The position numbers were made by a program, and so were the translations under genes. From Clostridia bacterium (GTDB lineage: Bacteria; Bacillota; Clostridia; UBA1381), in assembly GCA_045644665.1 (NCBI GenBank), contig JAZRHH010000045.1, positions 22,003-86,002 of the forward strand: a DNA stretch of 64,000 nt, read 5' to 3'. The notes beneath the pieces were generated by a model. That model had not been told where the DNA came from and made no database searches. It was given only the letters and a program-made list of their open reading frames with translations. Numbering within the stretch: the first letter of the stretch is position 1; the number at the start of each line of letters is the position of its first letter. Below are positions 56,354 through 64,000 of the stretch, piece after piece.

Positions 56354-56941
56354 ATGGCAAAGTATGTATGTTCAGTATGCGGTTATGTTCACGAGGGCGA
56401 AGCAGCACCGGAGAATTGTCCGGTATGTAAGGTTCCTGCATCAAAGTTCAATATAATGCAGGAGGGTGCAGCTCTTGCAGCAGAGCATGAGTATGGCGTT
56501 TACGGCAAAACTGTTAAAAATAATCCTGATATCAGCGAAGAAGATAAGAAATATATCTTTGAACAGCTTATGGCAAACTTCAATGGCGAATGTGCAGAGG
56601 TAGGAATGTATCTTTGCATGGCAAGAATAGCTCACAGAGAGGGCTATCCTGAAGTTGGACTTTACTGGGAAAAGGCAGCATTTGAGGAAGCAGAGCACGC
56701 TGCAAAGTTTGCAGAGCTCCTTGGCGAAGACCTTGAGCCAAACATGAAGGCTACAACAAAGGATAACCTTAAGTGGAGAGTAGATTGTGAATACGGTGCA
56801 ACTCAAGGTAAGTTTGACCTTGCATCATGCGCAAAGAAGAACGGTCTTGATGCAATCCATGACACAGTTCATGAAATGGCAAGAGACGAAGCTCGTCACG
56901 GCAAAGGCTTAGAGGGACTTCTTAACAGATATTTTAAATAA
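56354..56941 (+). CDS. Reverse rubrerythrin (N-terminal rubredoxin-like CxxC pair plus diiron ferritin-like domain)
   Basis: 195 aa. CSVCGY...CPVCK at the N-terminus and ExxH motifs in the helical domain. Confidence 0.85.
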   Translation: MAKYVCSVCGYVHEGEAAPENCPVCKVPASKFNIMQEGAALAAEHEYGVYGKTVKNNPDISEEDKKYIFEQLMANFNGECAEVGMYLCMARIAHREGYPEVGLYWEKAAFEEAEHAAKFAELLGEDLEPNMKATTKDNLKWRVDCEYGATQGKFDLASCAKKNGLDAIHDTVHEMARDEARHGKGLEGLLNRYFK

Positions 56942-57000
56942 AAATTATTAAATACAGGCGGCCGTAAATCCGGTCGCCTGTTTAAGAAAGGAAAATTTTT

Positions 57001-57513
57001 ATGGACGCAAATGTATCAAAACTACTTAATGAACAAATTACAAAGGAGCTATACTCTGCTTATTTGTATCTTGATTTTTCAATTTTTTATGAACAGCAGG
57101 GCCTTGACGGCTATGCAAACTGGTACATGATTCAGGCACAAGAGGAAAGAGACCATGCAATGCTCTTTTTGAGATATCTCCAGAATAACGGGGAAAAGGT
57201 AGAGCTTGGAGCAGTTGACAAGCCGGATAAGGTGCTTGAAACTCTCATGGATCCATTAAAAGCAGGTCTTGAGCACGAAAAGTATGTAACAAGCCTTATA
57301 AACGATATCTACGGTGCGGCATATGACATAAAGGACTTCAGAACAATGCAATTCCTTGACTGGTTCGTAAAGGAACAGCTAGAAGAAGAAAAGAACGCAG
57401 ACGATATGATAAAGAAGATGGAGCTTTTTGGAAGCGACCCAAAAGGTCTTTACTCCCTTGATGCAGAATATGCAACAAGAATATATACCGCTCCGTCACT
57501 TATTTTAGAATAA
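57001..57513 (+). CDS. ftn: Non-haem bacterial ferritin
   Basis: 170 aa. Ferroxidase-centre residues (ELYSAYLYL, QEERDHA, EQLEEE). Confidence 0.88.
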   Translation: MDANVSKLLNEQITKELYSAYLYLDFSIFYEQQGLDGYANWYMIQAQEERDHAMLFLRYLQNNGEKVELGAVDKPDKVLETLMDPLKAGLEHEKYVTSLINDIYGAAYDIKDFRTMQFLDWFVKEQLEEEKNADDMIKKMELFGSDPKGLYSLDAEYATRIYTAPSLILE

Positions 57514-57518
57514 AATCA

Positions 57519-57549
57519 AAAAGGTTGAGCTTTTGCTCAACCTTTTTTT
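57519..57549 (+). terminator. Intrinsic terminator
   Basis: AAAGGTTGAGC-TTTT-GCTCAACCTTT followed by TTTT. Confidence 0.85.
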
Positions 57550-57583
57550 GTATGAAAATACAAGCGCCGTTCATATACCACAA

Positions 57584-58069
57584 TTATATTAGTTCAAAAC
57601 TATCATAGAAATCTTTAACATTTTGTCTGCTTAACACATCTTCGATAAATACTGAGTGTTTTTTTGATATTTCAAGCAAGATTTCAAGTTGTCTAGCAGC
57701 GCCGTCAACTCTTTCGAAGTGAATTTCATAGTAATAGTTGTATTTCGTGTGATATTTAACGTAAGCGCATTTTAATCCGTTTATTTTGCTTGTCTGCGGC
57801 TTATCAATCCAAATATAGCCGGTTTTGTTTGGTTTGAACATATCGTCATTTGGCTCATCATCCGTAAAAATATCCATAAGAGATTTCACAGGTGTATCAA
57901 ATTCAAGCTCTGTTGTAGTAAAAGCTATGCCACAGTCCTGTTCAGGAGAAATCAATCTCAATCCGTTCGGATGAACACTCTCCATTCCCTCAATATCAAT
58001 GTAAAAGTTTTGCGGCAGCTTAAATTTTATTCCTGCCACAGATAAATGATTATTTTCGATTTTCAACAT
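57584..58069 (-). CDS. Hypothetical acidic cytoplasmic protein
   Basis: 161 aa from the ATG at 58069 (GGAGG 8 nt upstream). No recognisable motif. Confidence 0.5.
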   Translation of the reverse strand: MLKIENNHLSVAGIKFKLPQNFYIDIEGMESVHPNGLRLISPEQDCGIAFTTTELEFDTPVKSLMDIFTDDEPNDDMFKPNKTGYIWIDKPQTSKINGLKCAYVKYHTKYNYYYEIHFERVDGAARQLEILLEISKKHSVFIEDVLSRQNVKDFYDSFELI

Positions 58070-58262
58070 ACTTATTTCCTCCAAATGGTAATTTATTTTT
58101 CATAGCATTCATCCTTTGTATCTGATACCCTGACCTCCTTTCGACAACATTTATTAAACAATATATGCTATATGCTAATATTACCATAAATAAAATGAAA
58201 AGTCTGTCGAACTCTGTATATAAACAAGTTCTAATTTTAGAAAGTTTTGTAGAATTATGTAG

Positions 58263-58286
58263 AAAAAAAGAGCCGCACTGCGGCTC
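58263..58286 (-). terminator. Intrinsic terminator of the XRE regulator gene
   Basis: The minus strand reads GAGCCGC-AGT-GCGGCTC followed by TTTTTTT. Confidence 0.8.
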
Positions 58287-58306
58287 ATTCATTTACAAAT
58301 ATGAAA

Positions 58307-58627
58307 TTATAAATTATTTATATAGGCATCTAATATATCCGAAGCTGTTTTTCTTTGCTTTGGTGTTAGTTTTTCAAGCTTCGTTGTAAGTTCATCAAAC
58401 ACATAATCTCTTCCGGAAGAAAGTTCATTTTGCAGAATATAGTCAGCAGAAACTCCAAGTGCTTCTATAATCTTTATAAATGTATTCATACTCGGCATTT
58501 TAATGCCGCGCTCTATTTCGCCATAGTACATTAACCCAATATCAGCTTTTTCAGCTAAAACTTCCTGGGTATATCCTTTCTTTTGCCTCGCTTTCTTTAT
58601 CATGCTGCCAAGCTCAGTTTTTTCCAT
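58307..58627 (-). CDS. XRE-family HTH transcriptional regulator
   Basis: 106 aa. HTH_3 pattern GYTQEVLAEKADIGLMYYGEIERG. Confidence 0.85.
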   Translation of the reverse strand: MEKTELGSMIKKARQKKGYTQEVLAEKADIGLMYYGEIERGIKMPSMNTFIKIIEALGVSADYILQNELSSGRDYVFDELTTKLEKLTPKQRKTASDILDAYINNL

Positions 58628-58747
58628 AAAGACACCTCCTATGCAAATAGCATTGATTATTTGTTTAATTTTATAAAAAATCTGCTATTTGTGGAAGTAG
58701 CATATAGCATGTAATAAATTCTATTAGCTAATATCCAAACAAAAAAA

Positions 58748-58769
58748 CTCCGGGGAGAAGTCCCCGGAG
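58748..58769 (-). terminator. Orphan GC hairpin with a U-tract on the minus strand
   Basis: CTCCGGGGA-GAAG-TCCCCGGAG preceded on the plus strand by AAAAAAA. No minus-strand CDS ends here. Confidence 0.45.
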
Positions 58770-58783
58770 ACTCTGTTTAATAT

Positions 58784-58821
58784 CAAAGCACGTCCCTGTT
58801 TGTACTTAAGAGCCAATTGGC
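58784..58821 (+). repeat. Flanking repeat, copy 1
   Basis: CAAAGCACGTCCCTGTTTGTACTTAAGAGCCAATTGGC. 17 of the first 18 nt are identical to copy 2, and the TACTTAA ... CCAATTGGC tail is shared. Confidence 0.7.
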
Positions 58822-58953
58822 TCCTATCAAATCATTGGTTTTTCAGAAATAGATGAAATTATCTTGACAAACATGAATAATTATGATACGATAGAAATAT
58901 ATTCTATATATATTAACATAAATAGAATTTATTTCCAAGACAGAGAGGTTAAT

Positions 58954-59799
58954 ATGATTATTCCAAAAATACATAATGTGTTTGAAAACCTTACAGAAAC
59001 AGAGAAAAAGATTGCATCTTATATTTTAGAATTTCCGGAAAAGGTTGTTAATATGACAGCAAAAGAACTTGCGTATAGTTGTGGTACAGTTCCGTCTGCT
59101 GTTAACCGTATGTGTAAATCTGTTGGTGTGGAAGGTTTTGCAAAACTGAAAATTTCTTTGGCTACTGCAGTTGGCAAGGAAGGTTATAACAAAAATAACA
59201 TTCCATTTGATAAAGAAGATAACCCGAGGACGATTTTCAATAAGGTTTTTAATTCCGGTATAAATACACTTAAAAGTACTTATCAAATGATTGATTTTTC
59301 AAAAATAGATGAAATATCAAAAAGATTAGCATCAGCGGAGCGTATTTTTATATTTGGTGTGGGTACATCTTCTGTGGTTGCAGTTGATGCGGCTTATCGG
59401 TTTTCTCAGCTTGGTGTTCAGGCGTATGCTTACACAGACATTTTACAAATGAACGTTATGGCAAATAATATGAAAAACGGCGATGTTGCGTTTGCAATTT
59501 CCCACAGCGGAAGAACAAAAGCAGTTGTTGATGCAATGCGCTCAGCAAAAAAGTCGGGCGCGACAACGTTATCATTAACCAGTTTTACAAAAAGTCTTTT
59601 ATATACGGAGAGTGATTATTCGGTTTCGGTATATGCTGATGAAAAAAATTATCCTGTGGAAGCTGTATCTGCCCGCATAGCACATATGTGCGTAATTGAT
59701 GCGATTATGCTGACAATAGCTTCTCTTAATTATGAAGATTATTCAAAGCGTATTTCTTTAAGAAATGCAGCATTGGATGATATACGATATAGAGTATGA
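58954..59799 (+). CDS. MurR/RpiR-family transcriptional regulator (HTH plus SIS domain)
   Basis: 281 aa from the ATG at 58954. LTETEKKIASYIL ... MTAKELA HTH and a SIS motif FGVGTSSVVA. Confidence 0.85.
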   Translation: MIIPKIHNVFENLTETEKKIASYILEFPEKVVNMTAKELAYSCGTVPSAVNRMCKSVGVEGFAKLKISLATAVGKEGYNKNNIPFDKEDNPRTIFNKVFNSGINTLKSTYQMIDFSKIDEISKRLASAERIFIFGVGTSSVVAVDAAYRFSQLGVQAYAYTDILQMNVMANNMKNGDVAFAISHSGRTKAVVDAMRSAKKSGATTLSLTSFTKSLLYTESDYSVSVYADEKNYPVEAVSARIAHMCVIDAIMLTIASLNYEDYSKRISLRNAALDDIRYRV

Positions 59800-59812
59800 A
59801 AGGGGTAAAAAT

Positions 59813-60601
59813 ATGGAAAACAAAGTTATTTTAATTTCAATTGACGGTATGCGTCCCGATGGACTCATAAAATGTAAAAATCCTTATGTTGATGAACTAA
59901 AGAAAATGGCATCTTATACTTTTGATGCAAGAACAGTATTTCCGTCTGTTACACTGCCTTGCCATATGTCAATGTTTCACAGCGTTCCACCTGAAAGGCA
60001 CGGAACGACCACTAATACATATACGCCACAGGTGCGCCCGATTAATGGTTTATTTGAACAGTTAAAAAACGCAGGTAAGGTTGCTGCTATGTATTATGGT
60101 TGGGAACCCCTTCGAGATATATCCAGACCGAGGTCACTAAAGGAATCCGGATATACAAATGCGTATTCCTATGATCATACTGATGTAATGTTAACCGACA
60201 GAGCACTCAGCTATATTAAGGTAGCAAAGCCTGATTTTGTGTTTCTTTATATGGTTGAAACAGATGAAAAGGGCGGACATGACAACGGATGGATGAGTGA
60301 TGTGTATCTTGATTATATTAGCCGTGCAATCGACAATGTTAAAAGAGTGATTGAAGAAACAAAGGGAGAATATACCGTAATTGTAACCGCCGACCATGGC
60401 GGGCATGACAGAGCACACGGAACCGATATGGATGAGGATATGACAATACCGATGATTTTTTATGGTCCGCAATTTATATCCGGCAGAGAGCTTAGCGGAG
60501 TAAGTATTCTTGACATAGCGCCGACAATAGCTGACATTATGGGGGTTACCCCGGCAAAAGAATGGGAGGGTAAATCGCTTATAAGCGATGTGAACGAATG
60601 A
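59813..60601 (+). CDS. Alkaline-phosphatase-superfamily nucleotide pyrophosphatase/phosphodiesterase-like enzyme
   Basis: 262 aa. ISIDGMRPD metal site, PSVTLPCH nucleophile region and TADHGGHD. Confidence 0.75.
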   Translation: MENKVILISIDGMRPDGLIKCKNPYVDELKKMASYTFDARTVFPSVTLPCHMSMFHSVPPERHGTTTNTYTPQVRPINGLFEQLKNAGKVAAMYYGWEPLRDISRPRSLKESGYTNAYSYDHTDVMLTDRALSYIKVAKPDFVFLYMVETDEKGGHDNGWMSDVYLDYISRAIDNVKRVIEETKGEYTVIVTADHGGHDRAHGTDMDEDMTIPMIFYGPQFISGRELSGVSILDIAPTIADIMGVTPAKEWEGKSLISDVNE

Positions 60602-61527
60602 GTATTTTTACAACCACATTAAACCAGATATTTTTTCTTTTTGGGTTTATTGTTATAGGGTACATACTTGTTAAGCTAAAAGTATTACCTGAAAATTCAG
60701 CCGCAGTTTTATCAAAACTGGAAAACACAATATTTATACCTGCACTTGTTATGGGAACGTTTATCGAAAACTTTACCATAGAGAGAATTGGTGCTGCGTG
60801 GAAACTATTGTCCGTAAGTTTTATAATAGCGTGTATTGCAATCCCATTTGCAATTTTGGTTTCCAAGTTGGTGACAAAAGATAAGTATATTCAGAAAATT
60901 TATACATATGGGTTGTCATTTTCAAACTTTGGGTTTATGGGAAATGCAGTGGTAAGCAGCCTGTTCCCGGATATTTTCTTTGAATACCTGATTTTTACGC
61001 TGCCTTTGTGGATTTTTATATATCTCTGGGGAGTACCAAGACTTCTTATTGTAGATTCAGATAAAAAACATACATTCAAGGAATCTCTGAAATCTTTTGT
61101 TAATCCTATGTTTATAGCTATGCTGATAGGTATGGTAATCGGTCTTTCTAATATTGGTCTTCCTGAGTGGACTATGTCGCTGATAAATGTATCGGGTGAT
61201 TGCATGTCGCCCATTGCCATGATTCTTACCGGAGTAGTAGTATCATCAATATCCCTGAAAAAGACTTTTACAAATGTAAGAATTTATATAGTTTCAATTG
61301 TAAGACTTATTATTATGCCTGTTCTTTTTATAGGGGTAGCATCATTTTTTGAAATTCCTGAAACAACATATATCTGTGCACTTTGCTCTCTTGCAATGCC
61401 TCTTGGTCTAAATACTATTGTTATTCCAAGCGCACTTGGCAAAGACACAACGGTTGCAGCAGGTATGGCGGTAATTTCCCACTTACTTTCCTGTATAACC
61501 ATTCCGTTAATTTTTTCGATTATATAA
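60598..61527 (+). CDS. AEC (auxin efflux carrier) family transporter
   Basis: 309 aa, about 10 TM helices. 4-nt overlap with the upstream gene. Confidence 0.75.
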   Translation: MSIFTTTLNQIFFLFGFIVIGYILVKLKVLPENSAAVLSKLENTIFIPALVMGTFIENFTIERIGAAWKLLSVSFIIACIAIPFAILVSKLVTKDKYIQKIYTYGLSFSNFGFMGNAVVSSLFPDIFFEYLIFTLPLWIFIYLWGVPRLLIVDSDKKHTFKESLKSFVNPMFIAMLIGMVIGLSNIGLPEWTMSLINVSGDCMSPIAMILTGVVVSSISLKKTFTNVRIYIVSIVRLIIMPVLFIGVASFFEIPETTYICALCSLAMPLGLNTIVIPSALGKDTTVAAGMAVISHLLSCITIPLIFSII

Positions 61528-61552
61528 AACATAGGGAGATTTTTAGGTGCAA

Positions 61553-61609
61553 CAAGGCACGTCCCTGTTTTTGCACATTTTAGTTGCTACTTAAAAATTA
61601 CCAATTGGC
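61553..61609 (+). repeat. Flanking repeat, copy 2 (with an insertion of about 18 nt)
   Basis: CAAGGCACGTCCCTGTTT-TTGCACATTTTAGTTGC-TACTTAAAAATTACCAATTGGC. Confidence 0.7.
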
Positions 61610-61645
61610 AACATATTTTTTGGCGTTAAGAGAAGTGTTATCTTA

Positions 61646-61674
61646 AAAAGCAAGCACAAAAGTGCTTGCTTTTC
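61646..61674. terminator. Bidirectional intrinsic terminator
   Basis: AGCAAGCAC-AAAA-GTGCTTGCT followed by TTT. Confidence 0.75.
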
Positions 61675-61714
61675 GTGGGTCAAGGGAATTAAATCCTTGC
61701 ACCTTTATACATAT

Positions 61715-62479
61715 TCAGCGCTCGGCAACAATGACTTGTGTTCCTTGACTGCGAATGCTTTCGATTATGTCTTTTGGGGTTTTGTCATCGGTTATCACGA
61801 TATCTATATCAGAAAAATCGCACATCTTATAAAACCCTTTGTGACTGAATTTACTGTGGTCCACCAAAAGAATTGTTGTGTCTGCCATTTTGAGGTATCG
61901 ACGCTTCAGTTCGTTGATGCCAAGCTCATTTGTTGTAATTCCTTCCATTGTATCTGCGCCGTCTGTACTGCTTATAAACAAGTCCAGGTTACCGATGCTT
62001 TGCAAAAATTCTTTGGCGTAAGTGCCTCCCGAAGTACCGTCAGGTGTCAGGAACCCACCCATCATATAAATTCGGTTTCCTGAGGATAAAGTAAGATTTG
62101 CATTGTGGGTATCGCTGCAAATAATTGTAAGACCTTTTTTAGATGCAAGCCTTGAACATAATTCTGAAACGGTAGAGCCTGAATCCAGGGCAATGGTACA
62201 ATTGTTTGGAATATATTGAAGAGCTGCCAAAGCAATGGAAACCTTGTCTTCGTGATAACTGTTAAGACGAGTGGACAGAGGGAGTGCCAGATTGGTAATA
62301 GAATCTATTAATTCCGCACCACCATATGTCTTTCGCAGTATATGTTGTTTTTCAAGCTGATCAAGGTCACGGCGAATGGTTGCCAGAGAAACTTCAAAGC
62401 GCTCTGCCAGGTCCTGAGCACTTACAACCTTTTCGCGTCCCAAAAGCTGAACAATTTCTTTTTGACGGTTTCTTTTCAT
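61715..62479 (-). CDS. DeoR/GlpR-family transcriptional repressor
   Basis: 254 aa from Met13. HTH VSAQDLAERFEVSLATIRRDLDQLE plus a sugar-phosphate-binding C-terminal domain. Confidence 0.88.
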   Translation of the reverse strand: MKRNRQKEIVQLLGREKVVSAQDLAERFEVSLATIRRDLDQLEKQHILRKTYGGAELIDSITNLALPLSTRLNSYHEDKVSIALAALQYIPNNCTIALDSGSTVSELCSRLASKKGLTIICSDTHNANLTLSSGNRIYMMGGFLTPDGTSGGTYAKEFLQSIGNLDLFISSTDGADTMEGITTNELGINELKRRYLKMADTTILLVDHSKFSHKGFYKMCDFSDIDIVITDDKTPKDIIESIRSQGTQVIVAER

Positions 62480-62547
62480 ATTTACACTCCAAATTAAGTG
62501 GGTACAAATTCCCACATTATTTTACACTAAAACCATTATACTCCATC

Positions 62548-62620
62548 TTGCAAAAAAATTCAATAAAAAATTGTAAAATTATTAACATGTTGCAAAAAAT
62601 ATAATTTATTTTTGCAAAAG
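62548..62620. promoter_or_regulatory. Three direct TTGCAAAA repeats in the deoR/oxidoreductase divergent region (candidate operators)
   Basis: TTGCAAAAAA at 62548 and 62590, TTGCAAAAG at 62612, and a variant TTGTAAAA at 62571. Confidence 0.4.
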
Positions 62621-62632
62621 TTTATAAAAATA

Positions 62633-62661
62633 TTGACAAGAAATATACAAAATGTTATAAT
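62633..62661 (+). promoter_or_regulatory. Sigma-A promoter (extended -10)
   Basis: TTGACA (62633-62638), 17-nt spacer, TGTTATAAT (-10 at 62656-62661). Confidence 0.6.
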
Positions 62662-62717
62662 CAAAGCGACGCAATATATTATAAAATGCGAAAAAACATT
62701 TGGATGGAGGAGAGAAT

Positions 62718-63986
62718 ATGAAGGAATACATTTGCGACGTAGCCGTTGTAGGTGCAGGCCCGGCAGGTCTTGCAGCAGCCATATCAGCAAAGGAAAACGG
62801 AGCAAAGAATGTTATGATTATTGAACGTGACATTCGTGCCGGTGGAATTTTGCAGCAATGCATTCATGCAGGCTTTGGCCTGAAATATTTTGGACAGGAG
62901 TTGACAGGTCCGGAATACGCAGAACGTTTTCAAGAAAAAGCACAGCAGGCGGATGTTGATCTTTTGCTCGATACAACAGCAATGGAGATCAGAGAAGAGG
63001 AAAAAACGCTTGTATGTACAAGTAAAGAAGGGTTGATACATATCCGATATGGAGCACTTGTTCTTGCCATGGGTTGCCGTGAGAGAACAAGAGGAAACCT
63101 TATGATTCCGGGCAGCAGACCGTCCGGTATTTATACAGCAGGAACAGCTCAGAAGCTTATTAACATATACGGTCAAAAGATAGGAAAAGAAGTAGTAATT
63201 TTAGGTAGCGGCGACATCGGTATGATTATGGCACGCCGTCTTACCATGGAAGGCGCTCATGTGAAGGCGGTAGTAGAGCTTATGCCATTCCTTGCAGGAC
63301 TTAAGCGTAATCAGGTTCAGTGTCTTGACGATTTTGGAATTCCTCTTATGCTGTCTCACACGATTGTGGACATCACAGGAGTTGACAGATTGGAAAGCGT
63401 AACAATCGCACCTGTAGACGAGAATAAGCAGCCAATTATGGAACAGGCTCAGGTAATCCCATGTGACACACTTTTGTTGTCTGTAGGACTTCTTCCTGAA
63501 AACGAACTTACCCGTACCGGTGGCGTTGAACTATCCGGAATCACAAAAGGAGCTGTTGTAAATCAGTTCCGTCAGACAGAAATCCCCGGTGTGTTTGCCT
63601 GTGGTAATGTACTTCACGTAAATGACCTTGTTGATAATGTAAGTCAGGAAGGTGAGGATGCAGGTCGTTATGCGGCTATGTATGCTGAAGGAAAGCTCCC
63701 TTCTAAGAAAGCTGTAGAGGTTAAGGCTGGGGATGGAGTTAGATATGTTTGTCCTCAAAAGATTGTTCCTGTAGAAGGTCAGGATGTTACTCTTTACTTC
63801 CGTACAGTTGTGCCGGGACGAAAGACTTGTCTTAAGGCACAGCAGCTGGGTGAAGTCCTTGCAAAACAAAATGTAATAGCAAGTAGCCCCGGAACTATGG
63901 AATCTATTGTAATTCCGGCAGACAAGGTAGCAGCTTTGACAGGAGATATAACGGTTACAGCCAAGCATGAGGAGGTATTAGCATGA
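62718..63986 (+). CDS. FAD/NAD(P)-binding oxidoreductase (pyridine nucleotide-disulfide oxidoreductase fold; glycerol-3-phosphate-oxidising cluster type)
   Basis: 422 aa from the ATG at 62718 (GGAGGAG RBS). Two dinucleotide-binding motifs, VVGAGPAGLAAA and ILGSGDIGM. Confidence 0.8.
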   Translation: MKEYICDVAVVGAGPAGLAAAISAKENGAKNVMIIERDIRAGGILQQCIHAGFGLKYFGQELTGPEYAERFQEKAQQADVDLLLDTTAMEIREEEKTLVCTSKEGLIHIRYGALVLAMGCRERTRGNLMIPGSRPSGIYTAGTAQKLINIYGQKIGKEVVILGSGDIGMIMARRLTMEGAHVKAVVELMPFLAGLKRNQVQCLDDFGIPLMLSHTIVDITGVDRLESVTIAPVDENKQPIMEQAQVIPCDTLLLSVGLLPENELTRTGGVELSGITKGAVVNQFRQTEIPGVFACGNVLHVNDLVDNVSQEGEDAGRYAAMYAEGKLPSKKAVEVKAGDGVRYVCPQKIVPVEGQDVTLYFRTVVPGRKTCLKAQQLGEVLAKQNVIASSPGTMESIVIPADKVAALTGDITVTAKHEEVLA

Positions 63987-64000
63987 AAAAGACAATAGTT
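63983..64000 (+). CDS. Start of the next operon gene (truncated by the window edge)
   Basis: ATGA start/stop overlap with the preceding gene, with GAGGAGG 8 nt upstream. Reads MKKTIV. Confidence 0.45.

Noticed and set aside
58050-58292. 80-aa minus-strand ORF.
   Set aside because: It runs straight through the XRE gene terminator hairpin, overlaps the start of the 161-aa gene and has no RBS.
58784-61609. Considered a mobile genetic element or integrative island.
   Set aside because: No integrase, transposase, recombinase or inverted terminal repeats lie between or next to the direct repeats. Only the repeats themselves are reported.

Overview
This is an origin-proximal chromosomal segment from an AT-rich, endospore-forming anaerobic Firmicute; the gene content looks like Clostridia. 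I call about 75 protein-coding genes. By eye I found no rRNA, tRNA, CRISPR array, transposase or integrase.

Landmarks:
- dnaA-dnaN (50.2-52.9 kb, minus strand) with an oriC-type unwinding module in the dnaA-dnaN spacer.
- Two perfect parS sites followed by soj-spo0J and serS (9.3-12.8 kb).
- Sporulation and germination genes: a gerA-type operon, spoIIGA-sigE, spo0A, spoIIE.
- DNA metabolism: polA, coaE, ung, recA.
- A trimeric [FeFe] hydrogenase operon (nuoE-like, nuoF-like, hydA) preceded by a five-gene putative sensory module: a HydS-like protein lacking the proton-relay Cys, two DRTGG proteins, a SpoIIAB/RsbW-like kinase and a PHP phosphoesterase.
- Redox and oxidative-stress genes: rex, two rubrerythrins, ferritin and a Fur-family regulator behind a perfect Fur box.
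- A probable yybP-ykoY (Mn2+) riboswitch in front of a P-type ATPase.

Most worth a second look:
1. The uncharacterised hydrogenase-linked sensory/partner-switch cluster (45.3-49.6 kb).
2. A 690-bp ORF-free region downstream of spoIIE. It holds a promoter-to-terminator leader in front of a SLOG/DUF1273 gene and a further roughly 330-nt multi-helix region that matches no RNA family I can recognise.
3. A dense DnaA-box cluster about 38 kb from dnaA, while the dnaA upstream region has no good boxes.
4. A mirror-symmetric array of eight TCGATATG/CATATCGA octamers (1.4-1.6 kb).
5. Several long structured 5' leaders of unknown class.

All functional calls rest on motif recognition in the supplied translations and on reading the DNA by eye. 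No database search was run.
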